Origin: Scytonema sp. PMC 1070.18
GTDB taxonomy: Bacteria > Cyanobacteriota > Cyanobacteriia > Cyanobacteriales > Nostocaceae
Direction: 5' to 3'
NCBI GenBank assembly: GCA_035967975.1
Contig: JAWQFQ010000022.1
Location: 1,699-65,698 of the forward strand
DNA: 64,000 bases
In this document: one piece after another, positions 11,689 through 22,274 of the stretch
How the letters are laid out: each line of letters begins with the position of its first letter
Numbering within the stretch: position 1 is the stretch's first letter
Notes under the pieces: generated by a model
What the model was told of the DNA's origin: nothing
The model's input: only the letters and a program-made list of their open reading frames with translations
Database searches by the model: none
Program-made: the position numbers and the translations under genes

Positions 11689-11932
11689 TTGGCAAGATTG
11701 TAACACATATTTGCAAAATACCTGGTTCAGATTCTTGTATCCTAGTAGAGGAAATTATGTAGCAATCATAAACTATTTGTGAGAAGATACTGAGCCCCAG
11801 AAACCCGGTATCTCAAAGATACCGGGTTTCTATAATCTCACGAATGATTTTGGACTGCTATTACCAAAAGACCTACTGGACTCAATGTCAAATGACTGTT
11901 GTTCAGTAGCTTCTACTTTCAAGGAGAATGTC

Positions 11933-14900
11933 ATGTCTGAACGGACAGAGTCTTTATACAGGGTGCATGGACTGGGGATTGTTATCGGTAGTGCAATAGT
12001 TTTATGGTCAAGTAGTTTATGGGCTCAGGTAGTACCAGATAATACTCTGCCACAAAATTCCAATGTCACGACAGATGGTAACACCTTCAACATCAATGGT
12101 GGAAGCCAAGCAGGTAGTAATTTGTTTCACAGCTTCCAACAGTTTTCCGTTCCTACTGGCAAACAAGCAATATTTAACAATACTCTAGACATACAGAATA
12201 TTATTAGCAGGGTCACAGGTAGGTCGATTTCTAATATTGATGGATTGATTCGAGCTTCGGGAACAGCAAATTTGTTTCTGATTAATCCCAATGGAATCAT
12301 CTTTGGTTCAAATGCCAGATTAGATATTGGGGGTTCGTTTATTGGAAGTAGTGCTTCTAGTTTGAAGTTTGCGGATGGGACACAATTGGATGTGAGCAAT
12401 CCCAGCGCTACGCCGTTGTTAACAATGAGTGTACCATCAGGATTGCAGTTTGGAAACCGGACAAGTGGTGCCATTGTCAATGCAGGGAACTTGAGGGTGC
12501 GTCCGCAACAAAACTTAACTTTACTAGGGAGCAAAATCATCAACACTGGACAACTAATTGCACCTGAAGGTGAGGTCACTTTAGCAGCACTAGCGGGTGT
12601 CGGTGAAGCTCGGTTTGGACAAGCAGGTTCAGTGGTGAGTCTGAAAATTTTGGAGGAGACTCAAGTGAACAATACATTGGGAGTTGGGGAGACAGTTTCA
12701 TCATACCCATCTTTGCCAGTGGAATTGGCAGGAATACCAGTGCCAAATCAACCAGGAACAGCGATCGCCACAGGTAGTATTGATGTCTCTGGTCAGGAGG
12801 GTGGGAAAGTAAAAATACTGGGAGAGCAAGTAGGAGTGTATCCGGGGGCACTCATCAACGCTTCTGGAGATAGTGGCGGGGGTCAAGTTTTGCTTGGTGG
12901 AGATTACCAAGGACGAGGAGAACTGCTCAACGCCACTGCAATCTATGTCAGTCCCAGTGCGACGATTCAAGCCAATGCCCAGACTCAAGGCAATGGTGGT
13001 AAGATTGTGGTCTGGAGCGATCGCTCTACCCGCGCCTATGGTAGTTTCCAGGCAAAAGGAGGGGCGCAGTCTGGGAATGGAGGCTTGATTGAAACATCGA
13101 GTGCTAAGTTTCTGGATATCACAGGTATTAAAGTAGACGCCAGTGCAACTTCTGGTTTCGGTGGAACTTGGTTACTCGACCCACGCAATGTCACCTTAGC
13201 TTACACTGATACGGTAAATACTACCATCAGTGGTGATAATGGCAACATATTCACAGCCACAGGGGATGATGCGGTGGTAAATATCCCAGACATAGAAACA
13301 CAATTGAATGCTGGAACAAATGTAACCATTAGTACAGGCAGCACTGGAAATCAAGATGGTAATATCATTGCCGATGGGTTCGGTATCACCAAATCGACAG
13401 CAAGCCCGGTGACTTTGACTCTTCAAGCCGCAAATGATATTAATTTACAAAATTTTGGGCTCAATTCCAATAATGGTTTTCTTAATATTCAACTGCTTGC
13501 AGATAGCGATGGGAATCGTCAGGGTAATATTAACATCAGCAATGCTGGAATTCAAACCGCAGGAGGACAGTTTACTGCAACCGCAGGGGGTACAATTTCT
13601 TTAACGAGTGCGGGTATCAACAGTGACAATGCTAGCAATAATAACGCTGCACCCATTGTTCTGACTGCTGATGCAATTACTTTAGATACAGCAGGTATTA
13701 ACAGTAATACGACTTCTGGTGCTAAGGCTGCTGATATTACTGTTAGCACTAACTCATCAATTTCACTCTTACGTGAAAGTGGTATCGCGAGTGAGAGTAA
13801 TGGTCAAGGTCAGGCTGGAACAGTCAACGTTAGGACAGGAAAACTTTTGATTCAAAATAACGGTGGCATTGCTAGCACTGTCAATAATAGGGGTAATGCT
13901 GGAAATGTAAGCGTTACAGCTACTGAGAGTATCAGGCTGAGCAACCAAGGTGGAATAAACAGCAATACAAGAGGTGAGGGAAACGCCGGAACTGTTTACG
14001 TGAAAACAGGTTCTCTCATCATTGAAAGTAACAGTGGTGTTGGCAGCACTGCCGAAAATAGTGGTAATGCTGGAGATGTATATGTCACAGCTGAGACTAT
14101 CAGACTCAAAAACCAAGCTGGGATAAATAGTAACATAAGAGGTGCGGGAAACGCTGGAACTCTCTATTTAACAACAGGTTCTCTCATTATTGAAAGTAAC
14201 GGTGGCAGTAAAGAAAATAACAGTGGCATTGGTAGTGACGCTTTGGGTAATGCTAGTACAGGTAATGCCGGAACGATTAATATTACTGCCGACTCCATTA
14301 ACATAGGTGATGGAGGGGGTATTGGTAGTAATACAGAAGGAAAGGGTAATGCAGGTAATATCAATATCAAGACAACAACATTGTCATTAATAGGAGAAAA
14401 GACTGGAGTGTCTACTGATGCAAGGGAGAATAGCACGGGTGATGCTGGACGTATCAATATTACGGCTGATTCTATCTTGATTGAAAGTGATGAAACAGGT
14501 GGAGGGATTAGCAGCACGACTAGTAGTAGTGGTGACTCTGGCGAAATTCAGATTAGAACCAATACTCTCACGCTGAGAAACAGTAGTCGCATCACCACAA
14601 GTACCTCCAATAGAGAGGCGACAGGTAATGCTGGACGAATTAAAATCGAAGCAAATTCTGTTTTGTTTGACAACGATATTCCCAATTTAGACAGTGGTTT
14701 ACGCAGCGTCACAAAGGGAACGGGACAAGGAGGAGAAATTGTTCTTGATGCTGACACTGTTGTATTCCGAAACCGAGGAGGAATTAGGATTAGCACTGAA
14801 GGTCAAGGAAATGCGGGAACATTGAAGCTGACTGCTAATTCGTTAGAGATAGACAATGGAGAAATTACAAGTGAAAATCAAGGTAGCGGTAAGAGCGGAA

Positions 14901-15784
14901 GTATCAACATAGAGATTGATGGACAAGTAGTTGTACGTAACGCAAGCATCTCTGTGTCTTCTAGGTCAACCAATCTTAACAATACGTTATCAGGTGAAAC
15001 AGGCGAGATTGATATTAAGGCTAACTCCTTGCTTTTAGATAATGCTTCTATTCAGGGAGAAACAACCTCAGGAAATGGCGGTAATATTAGACTACGTGTG
15101 TCTGACCTATTACTGCTACGCCGAAACAGTCAAATTTCTACCACCGCAAAAACCACAAATACTGAAGGCAATGGTGGTAACATTACTATTGATGCTCGCA
15201 ATGGTTCCATCGTTGCTGTCCCTAGTGAAAACAGTGATATCACTGCTAATGCCTCAATTGGCAATGGTGGTGAAATTAAGATTAACGCATCTGGTCTGTT
15301 TGGAATTCAACGTAGCTCTCGGTTGACCGATGAAAGCAATATTACAGCTTTTTCTGAACGTGGAATCAGTGGTGACATCATTATTAATACACCAGATGTT
15401 GAACAAAACCTGGGACTCCTTGAACTACCTACGGTGTTAGTAGATACATCAAATATAGTAAACACTGGTTGTAGTGCGATCGCTACCACAGTTGATGGAG
15501 AAGGAAGCAAATTTATTATTACTGGACGGGGCGGTTTACCCCCTTCTCCGGACGATCTCCTCAGTCCCGATGTCTTGTGGTCTGATACTCGTGTGTCAAA
15601 TCTGACATCACAACAACAGCGCTCAATCAAACCGACAACTCAATCACCTTCCAATTCCGATGTTGTGGAAATTATACCCGCTACTGGTTGGGTATTCAAT
15701 GGCAACGGTGAAGTGACCCTCATCTCCCATGCATCTGGTGCTACTGCTACTGGTTCTACTCCTACTACCTGTTCTAAACGGTAA
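11933..15784 (+). CDS. Filamentous haemagglutinin-like TpsA exoprotein, copy 2 (tandem paralog)
   Basis: Same architecture as copy 1; near-identical N-terminal ~550 aa and C-terminal ~90 aa, divergent central repeats. Confidence 0.92.
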   Translation: MSERTESLYRVHGLGIVIGSAIVLWSSSLWAQVVPDNTLPQNSNVTTDGNTFNINGGSQAGSNLFHSFQQFSVPTGKQAIFNNTLDIQNIISRVTGRSISNIDGLIRASGTANLFLINPNGIIFGSNARLDIGGSFIGSSASSLKFADGTQLDVSNPSATPLLTMSVPSGLQFGNRTSGAIVNAGNLRVRPQQNLTLLGSKIINTGQLIAPEGEVTLAALAGVGEARFGQAGSVVSLKILEETQVNNTLGVGETVSSYPSLPVELAGIPVPNQPGTAIATGSIDVSGQEGGKVKILGEQVGVYPGALINASGDSGGGQVLLGGDYQGRGELLNATAIYVSPSATIQANAQTQGNGGKIVVWSDRSTRAYGSFQAKGGAQSGNGGLIETSSAKFLDITGIKVDASATSGFGGTWLLDPRNVTLAYTDTVNTTISGDNGNIFTATGDDAVVNIPDIETQLNAGTNVTISTGSTGNQDGNIIADGFGITKSTASPVTLTLQAANDINLQNFGLNSNNGFLNIQLLADSDGNRQGNINISNAGIQTAGGQFTATAGGTISLTSAGINSDNASNNNAAPIVLTADAITLDTAGINSNTTSGAKAADITVSTNSSISLLRESGIASESNGQGQAGTVNVRTGKLLIQNNGGIASTVNNRGNAGNVSVTATESIRLSNQGGINSNTRGEGNAGTVYVKTGSLIIESNSGVGSTAENSGNAGDVYVTAETIRLKNQAGINSNIRGAGNAGTLYLTTGSLIIESNGGSKENNSGIGSDALGNASTGNAGTINITADSINIGDGGGIGSNTEGKGNAGNINIKTTTLSLIGEKTGVSTDARENSTGDAGRINITADSILIESDETGGGISSTTSSSGDSGEIQIRTNTLTLRNSSRITTSTSNREATGNAGRIKIEANSVLFDNDIPNLDSGLRSVTKGTGQGGEIVLDADTVVFRNRGGIRISTEGQGNAGTLKLTANSLEIDNGEITSENQGSGKSGSINIEIDGQVVVRNASISVSSRSTNLNNTLSGETGEIDIKANSLLLDNASIQGETTSGNGGNIRLRVSDLLLLRRNSQISTTAKTTNTEGNGGNITIDARNGSIVAVPSENSDITANASIGNGGEIKINASGLFGIQRSSRLTDESNITAFSERGISGDIIINTPDVEQNLGLLELPTVLVDTSNIVNTGCSAIATTVDGEGSKFIITGRGGLPPSPDDLLSPDVLWSDTRVSNLTSQQQRSIKPTTQSPSNSDVVEIIPATGWVFNGNGEVTLISHASGATATGSTPTTCSKR

Positions 15785-15995
15785 CAAATAGATCCCCACA
15801 ACAAGATCGAGAACACCTTTCATAAGCGGTTAGGTACCACTTCGTGGAAGCAAGCTACGCGTAGCGTACTGGAGGTAATCGCAACCCGTACACTTACCAG
15901 AAACCCGGTTTCTCAAAGAAACCGGGTTTCTATTGCGGCTGATCCGAACCGTATTGCTGAGTTCCGTGTTTGTTATACATACTATGACTGGTTTG

Positions 15996-16520
15996 TCAAC
16001 ATTTTCTACTGGATCGGCTTTCTAGTTTTCCGTCCTTGATCTGAAACTCACTTTTTTGACTACCAGTAGGTTTTGATTTTACAAGTTGTTCTGTCTGATT
16101 GTGTTTCTCGTTGACAGCTTGCGAGTTCGAGTCCACAGTAATTTCAGCTAATCTAACCCCTGCTGAGATAAGCTTCAACAAGTCTCGTAGACTTAAAGAA
16201 CCCATCCAAACAATGACTTGATCTACAGTGTCATCTGAGTCTGGCATTTCTAATTCACCTGTGTTTAGAAGTGGTAAACGTAGGTAATCTTCAATAGAGT
16301 ATTCTCCATCTAGATATTGTTGCAACTTATCAATACTAGTTCCGAGAAAAGTCGCCAACTTTCTAGCATTGTCTATACCCCAGTTTCCAGATTCATGTTC
16401 CCAAGCATTCCATGCAGATGCGGAAACGCCAACTCTAGGAGCAAACTTACGTAGAGGAGTTTTCCCACGACATTGTAAGCATAACTGAGCTAACCTCTTT
16501 CTGCATTTAAAACTAAGCAT
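15996..16520 (-). CDS. XRE-family helix-turn-helix transcriptional regulator
   Basis: RGKTPLRKFAPRVGVSASAWNAWE...KLATFLGTSIDKL HTH_3-like N-terminus. Confidence 0.7.
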   Translation of the reverse strand: MLSFKCRKRLAQLCLQCRGKTPLRKFAPRVGVSASAWNAWEHESGNWGIDNARKLATFLGTSIDKLQQYLDGEYSIEDYLRLPLLNTGELEMPDSDDTVDQVIVWMGSLSLRDLLKLISAGVRLAEITVDSNSQAVNEKHNQTEQLVKSKPTGSQKSEFQIKDGKLESRSSRKC

Positions 16521-16681
16521 TGAGAAATCTCTACAAATTTCTAATTAAACTAGCAAATTTCTAAAAGCCATTCTGTTCAAAACACTTTTCTACATGAATT
16601 TGAGACAAACACTCTCAACCAAACGATTTTCATCTGAGGTATATGGGATATAAGACCCACATACCATTGCTACTATATTGC

Positions 16682-18124
16682 TTAATTAACCCGAGCTAAA
16701 CCTAGCTGAGGGCTCGTAACAATATAAAATCCCTCAACAGCAGATTCTTTCGTCAACGAGAATAGACTATTAAACCCACTCACAAACTGATTGCTAGCAA
16801 GTAACTGCTCGCGTCCTGTCTGATCCAATTCATTTGAGAATTGTTTGTGACGAAGAGCCCAATTTTCCCCTATCCGCTCCGATACATCTTGAAAAAGTTG
16901 CTCAGAGTTTTCCTCAATATCTGACATATCTTCCATTCCAGATATCAAATTCAAAAACGTTTGATGTAATTTTTCTCTGTCTCTATCTTGACTGTTTGTC
17001 AGCTGTTGAGCTTGCCAAAAATAGGATTCTTTTTTACTCGTTTTGTAGAATGCTGAAACCATAACTAACAGACGTAAGTATGCTTGTCTGTAAGTTCTAT
17101 CGTAGAAAGATATTGCTTGAGCTTCACTGATATGATTCCGTAAGACGCTTGCTAGACTTGCAGCAGCTAAAAGTCCGCTAAAAGTTGCAAGGTGTACTCC
17201 AGTTGAGAGCAAAGGATCTAAAAAGCATGCAGCATCTCCAGCAATAAAGTAACCTTGACCTGCAAATTTCTCAGCAGTGTACGAGTAGTCTTGCTCAGAT
17301 TTAACTTCTGATGCAAGTTCTCCAGTTTCCAGAAACTGCTTCAAATCGACACTTTCAGCAATACCCTCTAAGTAAATATCTTTCAAGCTCTTGGAGCGTT
17401 TTTCTTTAAAAGCCATTTTGTGGATAACTAAACCCACACTCATTGTGCCATCGTGTAGCGGAATTCCCCATAACCAACCATCTTGCAGAGATTCTACAAA
17501 AATAACTCCTTCTCTGCCTTCCAATGGTTTAGTATTTTTCCAATACCCCCAAACAGCTACATTCTGAAAGACTTGATGATATTCTCGATTTTTTAGATAG
17601 CGAGTTGACATGAGACCAAAACGACCACTCGCATCAATTAAAAAGTCAAAACATATTTCTTTTGTCTGACTTTTTTCATTAGTTAGAGAGCAAATTGCAC
17701 TGATTGGTCGCTCACCCTCAAAAGACAAACTACAAACTTCTACGCCCTCAAGAACCTTTACCCCTTGACTTTTAGCATGATCTAAAAGTAACTTATCGAA
17801 CTCATCACGCCGCACTTGATAACTATGTGTAAACTTACCTGATAAATCGGAGAAATTCAAATCCCAAGATTCATCTCCCCAATAATAGTGAGCACCCGGC
17901 TTATATTGAAAACCATAGGCGTCTATTTTTTCTCTTGCACCAATTAGTTCGAGAACTTTCAGTGATGAGGGTAAGAGAGACTCTCCTATATGGTATCTTG
18001 GAAAAACTTCTTTTTCCAGTAATGTTACATTAAAACCTTCTCGAGCCAATAGAGTAGCTGCAGTAGCTCCCGCTGGACCTCCTCCAATAACTAATACCTT
18101 TGTAGATGTTGGTAAATCGAACAT
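16682..18124 (-). CDS. Flavin-dependent halogenase (phenolic/aryl type)
   Basis: GGGPAG FAD motif, PRYHIGESL, candidate catalytic Lys in GFQYKPG, WxWxIP (GWLWGIP) and FxxPxxSxG (FLDPLLSTG). Confidence 0.92.
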   Translation of the reverse strand: MFDLPTSTKVLVIGGGPAGATAATLLAREGFNVTLLEKEVFPRYHIGESLLPSSLKVLELIGAREKIDAYGFQYKPGAHYYWGDESWDLNFSDLSGKFTHSYQVRRDEFDKLLLDHAKSQGVKVLEGVEVCSLSFEGERPISAICSLTNEKSQTKEICFDFLIDASGRFGLMSTRYLKNREYHQVFQNVAVWGYWKNTKPLEGREGVIFVESLQDGWLWGIPLHDGTMSVGLVIHKMAFKEKRSKSLKDIYLEGIAESVDLKQFLETGELASEVKSEQDYSYTAEKFAGQGYFIAGDAACFLDPLLSTGVHLATFSGLLAAASLASVLRNHISEAQAISFYDRTYRQAYLRLLVMVSAFYKTSKKESYFWQAQQLTNSQDRDREKLHQTFLNLISGMEDMSDIEENSEQLFQDVSERIGENWALRHKQFSNELDQTGREQLLASNQFVSGFNSLFSLTKESAVEGFYIVTSPQLGLARVN

Positions 18125-18219
18125 TTCGTTTTCCTCTAATTTACTAATGAACTTTTAGATTTGTAGAATCCTATCTTGTGAAGAAATTGTTGGTGTTTTT
18201 TAGCAACAACTACTCGCTT

Positions 18220-18660
18220 TTAGGCGATTGTATAAGAATACATTAGCCACTTAGTTCCATGTGCATACTGGTTGTAAAGTTTCTGTGCAACTACATTGTC
18301 ATCACGAGTTGTCCATCTTACTGTCTTTATTCCAAGTGTTTTAAGGTAAATAAAGCAGTGTTCCAGAAGCTTTTTGCCAATTCCTTTTCCCCGATAGCTG
18401 TCCAATACGTACAGATCGTTTAACACAGCAATTTTTTCCGCAATTCTGCTAGAAAACGAGTAATAGATTGTTGCAAAACCTACATAAGTATAATCATCCT
18501 GTAGGAGAAATAACTTACCCAATTCTTCATTTTCCATAATCATTTGTAAGTGGTTGCGATTCTTTTGTTCATCAATATTTTGTACTTCGTAAAATTCTTG
18601 ATATTTTTTGAAAAGTATCAAGGCTGCATCTATATTCTGTGAATTTAACTCTTGTAGCAT
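18220..18660 (-). CDS. GNAT-family N-acetyltransferase
   Basis: LNDLYVLDSYRGKGIGKKLL acetyl-CoA motif A and NVVAQKLY motif B; ATG at 18660 preferred. Confidence 0.88.
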   Translation of the reverse strand: MLQELNSQNIDAALILFKKYQEFYEVQNIDEQKNRNHLQMIMENEELGKLFLLQDDYTYVGFATIYYSFSSRIAEKIAVLNDLYVLDSYRGKGIGKKLLEHCFIYLKTLGIKTVRWTTRDDNVVAQKLYNQYAHGTKWLMYSYTIA

Positions 18661-18747
18661 TAGCAGAATTAGGTTTTTAAAATTAATTGATTTCAACAAA
18701 GATATATTAGACAAATAGCTTGCCAGCAAAACTAAAAAATGTCCCAA

Positions 18748-19620
18748 TCAGCTTTCCTTAAAACTTTGGGTATAATCTAGGGCAAACTGGTCAAAAAATA
18801 TAGGCTGTTTTCTAGCGACATCAGCTACCACGTTCGTCATCGTCATGCCTATACCTTTGCTGTAGTAATTGTAGATTTCATTAACTGCATCTACAAACCA
18901 TTCTTGTCTTCCTGACTTAAGCATACGTCTTTTGTAGTCCTCTGGTGAAATACTTACATAAGTCACTTTCTTCTCAATTGCAATGGAAAGTTTGTGAGCA
19001 ATTTCTCCAAAAGACAGCACCTCAGGTCCTGTCAGAGTGTAAACCTTACCTTCATGTCCTTCCTCAGTCAGTACCCTCACGGCTACGGCGGCGATGTCTC
19101 GGATATCGACAAAGGTAAACTTTGCATCGCCTACGCGATCGTAAAAAGTGTTCTGTGTTGCAATTGTTTGAGCAACACGTAACATATTTTGCATAAAAAC
19201 GTTGGGACGTAGGTGGGTAAATGGAATACCAGCCTGCTCAAGTTGATTTTCGGTTTGTGCATGCCACCTGAGAATTGCAGCAGGAGCGTCAACATCCGCA
19301 CCCAAAGCAGAAAACTTAACAATGTGTTTAAGACCATTCTGCTTAGCGGCTTCAATAAAATTACTTTGGAGTTTCACTTGCTGTTGATCTGGTGATGAGA
19401 GCAAAAGAGCTTTTTCCACATTCTTTAGGGCAGTGTTGAGTGTATCGGGATCATTGAAATTCCCTATGACAACTTCAACACCAAGTTGTTCGACCTCTAA
19501 TGCTTTTTTAGGATTACGGACAAATGCTCGAACTTTAGCACCAGTGGCAGAAAGTTGCTTTAGGATTTCATAACCATTAGTTCCGGTTGCTCCAGTTATA
19601 AGAATCATAGGTGTTTTCAA
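18748..19620 (-). CDS. NmrA-like/atypical SDR NAD(P)H-dependent oxidoreductase (AzoB/TMR-like)
   Basis: ILITGATGTNG, LRPNVFMQN, VDIRDIAAVA, YTLTGPE. Confidence 0.88.
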   Translation of the reverse strand: MKTPMILITGATGTNGYEILKQLSATGAKVRAFVRNPKKALEVEQLGVEVVIGNFNDPDTLNTALKNVEKALLLSSPDQQQVKLQSNFIEAAKQNGLKHIVKFSALGADVDAPAAILRWHAQTENQLEQAGIPFTHLRPNVFMQNMLRVAQTIATQNTFYDRVGDAKFTFVDIRDIAAVAVRVLTEEGHEGKVYTLTGPEVLSFGEIAHKLSIAIEKKVTYVSISPEDYKRRMLKSGRQEWFVDAVNEIYNYYSKGIGMTMTNVVADVARKQPIFFDQFALDYTQSFKES

Positions 19621-19655
19621 TTTGTGAAGACTTTGATAACTTATGCAACGCCTGA

Positions 19656-20777
19656 TTATTTTTCAAGACAATGTTCTTGAACTGGATACCCAACATGTCG
19701 TCCACTGGGAGCAAGATAACCAAGCAATAACTCTCCAGCCGTTAACTCTGTGACATTAAGTACCTTGCCATTAGGTCCAAGAACTCTCACGTGCCAATCG
19801 TCTTGGACAATCAAATTCACAGTTTCTCCGGTTGCTGATACTGCATTTATACTCAATAGTGGACGGATTTCAATCTTAATCCTTCCAATGACAACTTCAC
19901 GTGATTGACCTTGACAATTAACAGCCAAAATTTTGTGACCAACATTTAGTTCACTCAGATAATTAGTACGAGAGATATTAGAAACTGCATAGGAGTGTAT
20001 GGCACCAGCATTAACGCGGAAAGGACGTGTGGGCATATATGGTAGTGGGTGCGTCTCGCTAGCAACCAAAATCATTCCCCTAGAGAAAGAGCCAATAAGT
20101 ATTCCTTCATCTTTTTCAAAGTAAGAACAAGTATCTATGCAAGCACGCTCGCCCATACCAATATGAGTAATGTTTTTCACTTCTAACTCTTCAAGAGGAA
20201 GTTGTATATTTTTGGTTTGGTGACAGATAGTTGCAAGTTGAATTGGGTCAGTAGAATTTGTAGAAGCCAACATAACTCCATGAGAACCTTTTTCTAGGAC
20301 ACCTAAAATAATTTCTGCCTCTTCAATATCTTTTGCAATCGTAATGATTTTACCATTTGTGTTTTCTGCTGCTGCAATGACAATTTCTAAGGGAATTTTA
20401 GTTGGGTCTTTAAAGTATATAACCGTCCAATTTTGGTTTTTCACAGATTCACAGGCAATTTGTAGTGTGGGTTCATCTACAACATTTACGTACACACCGA
20501 TTTCTATATGCTGGTATTTTTCTTTGAACTCCCGTATTTCCTGTGGCCGAACAGTCTCAAGAATGACGATATCTACAAGACTAACAAACTGTTCAATCTG
20601 GTTTTTGTCTTTAACAAAGGCAATGCGTTTTACACTAGAATCAACATTAGGAGGAAAGTTTTGGATAGATTCTGGAGAATCTACAACAATTCCGTCTAAG
20701 GTACTAATATTGGGCTGCGCCAAAAGTTTAATTGCTGCCTCTTTAATATTCCTAATATCCAACCAAGCTAGTTTCAT
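19656..20777 (-). CDS. 3-dehydroquinate synthase II family, GriH-type 3-amino-4-hydroxybenzoate synthase
   Basis: FKDPTKIPLEIV, GERACIDTCS, SETHPLPYMPTRPFRVNAGAIHSY, QDDWHVRVLGP, GRHVG; cognate aldolase in the same cluster. Confidence 0.88.
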   Translation of the reverse strand: MKLAWLDIRNIKEAAIKLLAQPNISTLDGIVVDSPESIQNFPPNVDSSVKRIAFVKDKNQIEQFVSLVDIVILETVRPQEIREFKEKYQHIEIGVYVNVVDEPTLQIACESVKNQNWTVIYFKDPTKIPLEIVIAAAENTNGKIITIAKDIEEAEIILGVLEKGSHGVMLASTNSTDPIQLATICHQTKNIQLPLEELEVKNITHIGMGERACIDTCSYFEKDEGILIGSFSRGMILVASETHPLPYMPTRPFRVNAGAIHSYAVSNISRTNYLSELNVGHKILAVNCQGQSREVVIGRIKIEIRPLLSINAVSATGETVNLIVQDDWHVRVLGPNGKVLNVTELTAGELLLGYLAPSGRHVGYPVQEHCLEK

Positions 20778-20854
20778 GAGAGTATATCCAACAATTTAAG
20801 TATTAATCGCACTGTCCTTAATATCTTCTTGAGGTGAAGATATTCCAAAAACGT

Positions 20855-21304
20855 CTACTCAGCTTCTTCGCGTAGAGCAAGACCACCCATGTTTTGCAGC
20901 ATTGGTGCATTCTCACAAGCAAGGTATTTAGCGTTTTGGTCTTGATTTAGATTCACATGGTGATGCCATGACCATACCGGAATGTAGACGGCGTCTCCAG
21001 CTTCCCATTCTATTCTTAGATCCTCAATGAGACTGTAGCCCTGTCCTTCAATAATGTAAAGAATGGTTTCGTAGGTATGGCGATGACGATTTGAGCAACC
21101 ACCGGGATTCAATATACCAATAGTCATACTGATTGCAAAAGAAGGTAAATCGACAAAGAATACCGGGTGCTTGCGAATATCAGAAAAGGTATTATGGATA
21201 CCATCAGCCTCCAAACATTTGTGAATTAATCGGTCTGGCATATGTAATTTAACAGCAGGGGGTGTCTTGTCAAAATCTCCTGATTGAAAATTAACAGTCT
21301 TCAT
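20855..21304 (-). CDS. Metal-binding cupin (cupin_2) protein
   Basis: HRHTYE...GDAVYIPVWSWHHHVN, giving a 3-His/1-Glu cupin motif. Confidence 0.88.
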   Translation of the reverse strand: MKTVNFQSGDFDKTPPAVKLHMPDRLIHKCLEADGIHNTFSDIRKHPVFFVDLPSFAISMTIGILNPGGCSNRHRHTYETILYIIEGQGYSLIEDLRIEWEAGDAVYIPVWSWHHHVNLNQDQNAKYLACENAPMLQNMGGLALREEAE

Positions 21305-21518
21305 AGTCTTTGTTTCCTATTTAATGTCTAGCGATGTAGACGAATGATGTGTGTTTCTGCCTAGAAATTCATCGTATGTAAAGTACTATAGAAATATTTT
21401 TCTGTACTGAGAAAATTTCTATAGGACTCCTATTTGATTTTTACGAAGCTAGGTACACCTGAATCTTCTTGAATACTCTTGCAAAAGTGCCTATTGCCTA
21501 CGCAAATTATTTCAAGAA

Positions 21519-22262
21519 TCAAACCGGATTTCTATATAACTTCATCTCCTCTCCATTATTTTGTTGTAAACAGATAGCATATAGATTCTCAAAGAAATTA
21601 GCTCGCATTGTTAGTGCTCTATCTAAAGCACTATAACACCGAGGAAACCAGTCACGTTCCTGATTCAAAGAACACATTAAGTCTGCCAAAGTAGCTGCGT
21701 GTTGATCGTCACATTTAACATGTATGTAAAAGAAATCCAGCCACTCATCAGGAATACCAGCTTTGAGCATTCCTTGAATGAAAATCTTGTACATTCGAGG
21801 TACAATCGCTTCAGTACCTAATGATAATATGGCACTCGACCAGAGTACATCTGAACAAGTCGTTTCACGCAGATACTGTTGGACAAATATGTGTGTGAAA
21901 TCGGTATATTCAATCTTTAAAGGATTGATACCAAGCTGTTTTAAGAATTTTCGGAAAATTTCACTGTGTCGCTCTTCTGTTTTGCAACCCCCACCTTCTT
22001 CCCAAAGATTCTCGGATAGGCGAGCACGATAATAATCACTTTCACAAGCTGCCATAACTCCCGCTATATAGCGAGTAAAATTCTGACAGTAAAGCGAATA
22101 TTGCCCCCAAATGTATCGATAGTTTTCGATAGTCAAATTACCAGATTGAGCATCTCGTAAGAGATTATTGTTCCAAAAAGGATGATTGTCTTTGAGATCA
22201 TTCAGTTGCTCTAATTGATTGGATGTTCCCAGCATACTTTTCTCTTTAACTAATTTTTCCAT
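21519..22262 (-). CDS. Heme-oxygenase-like diiron oxidase (HDO; CADD/PqqC/TenA fold, iron-containing redox enzyme)
   Basis: NHPFW N-terminus; ligand set NLWEE...RH, GTE, FFYIH..DDQH. Confidence 0.85.
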   Translation of the reverse strand: MEKLVKEKSMLGTSNQLEQLNDLKDNHPFWNNNLLRDAQSGNLTIENYRYIWGQYSLYCQNFTRYIAGVMAACESDYYRARLSENLWEEGGGCKTEERHSEIFRKFLKQLGINPLKIEYTDFTHIFVQQYLRETTCSDVLWSSAILSLGTEAIVPRMYKIFIQGMLKAGIPDEWLDFFYIHVKCDDQHAATLADLMCSLNQERDWFPRCYSALDRALTMRANFFENLYAICLQQNNGEEMKLYRNPV

Positions 22263-22274
22263 ATATCCTACTTT

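Noticed and set aside
8163-15630. Numerous antisense ORFs inside the TpsA genes, and short ORFs overlapping the PKS
   Set aside because: Shadow frames of repetitive Gly/Asn/Ser/Thr-rich or PKS coding sequence, duplicated along with the host gene; no independent motifs.
6195-22262. Known cyanotoxin or halogenated-aromatic clusters (guanitoxin, aetokthonotoxin, ambigol)
   Set aside because: Only single generic components (MATE, HDO, halogenase) are shared; the diagnostic PLP enzymes/kinase, tryptophanase/P450 or chorismate lyase/P450s are absent.
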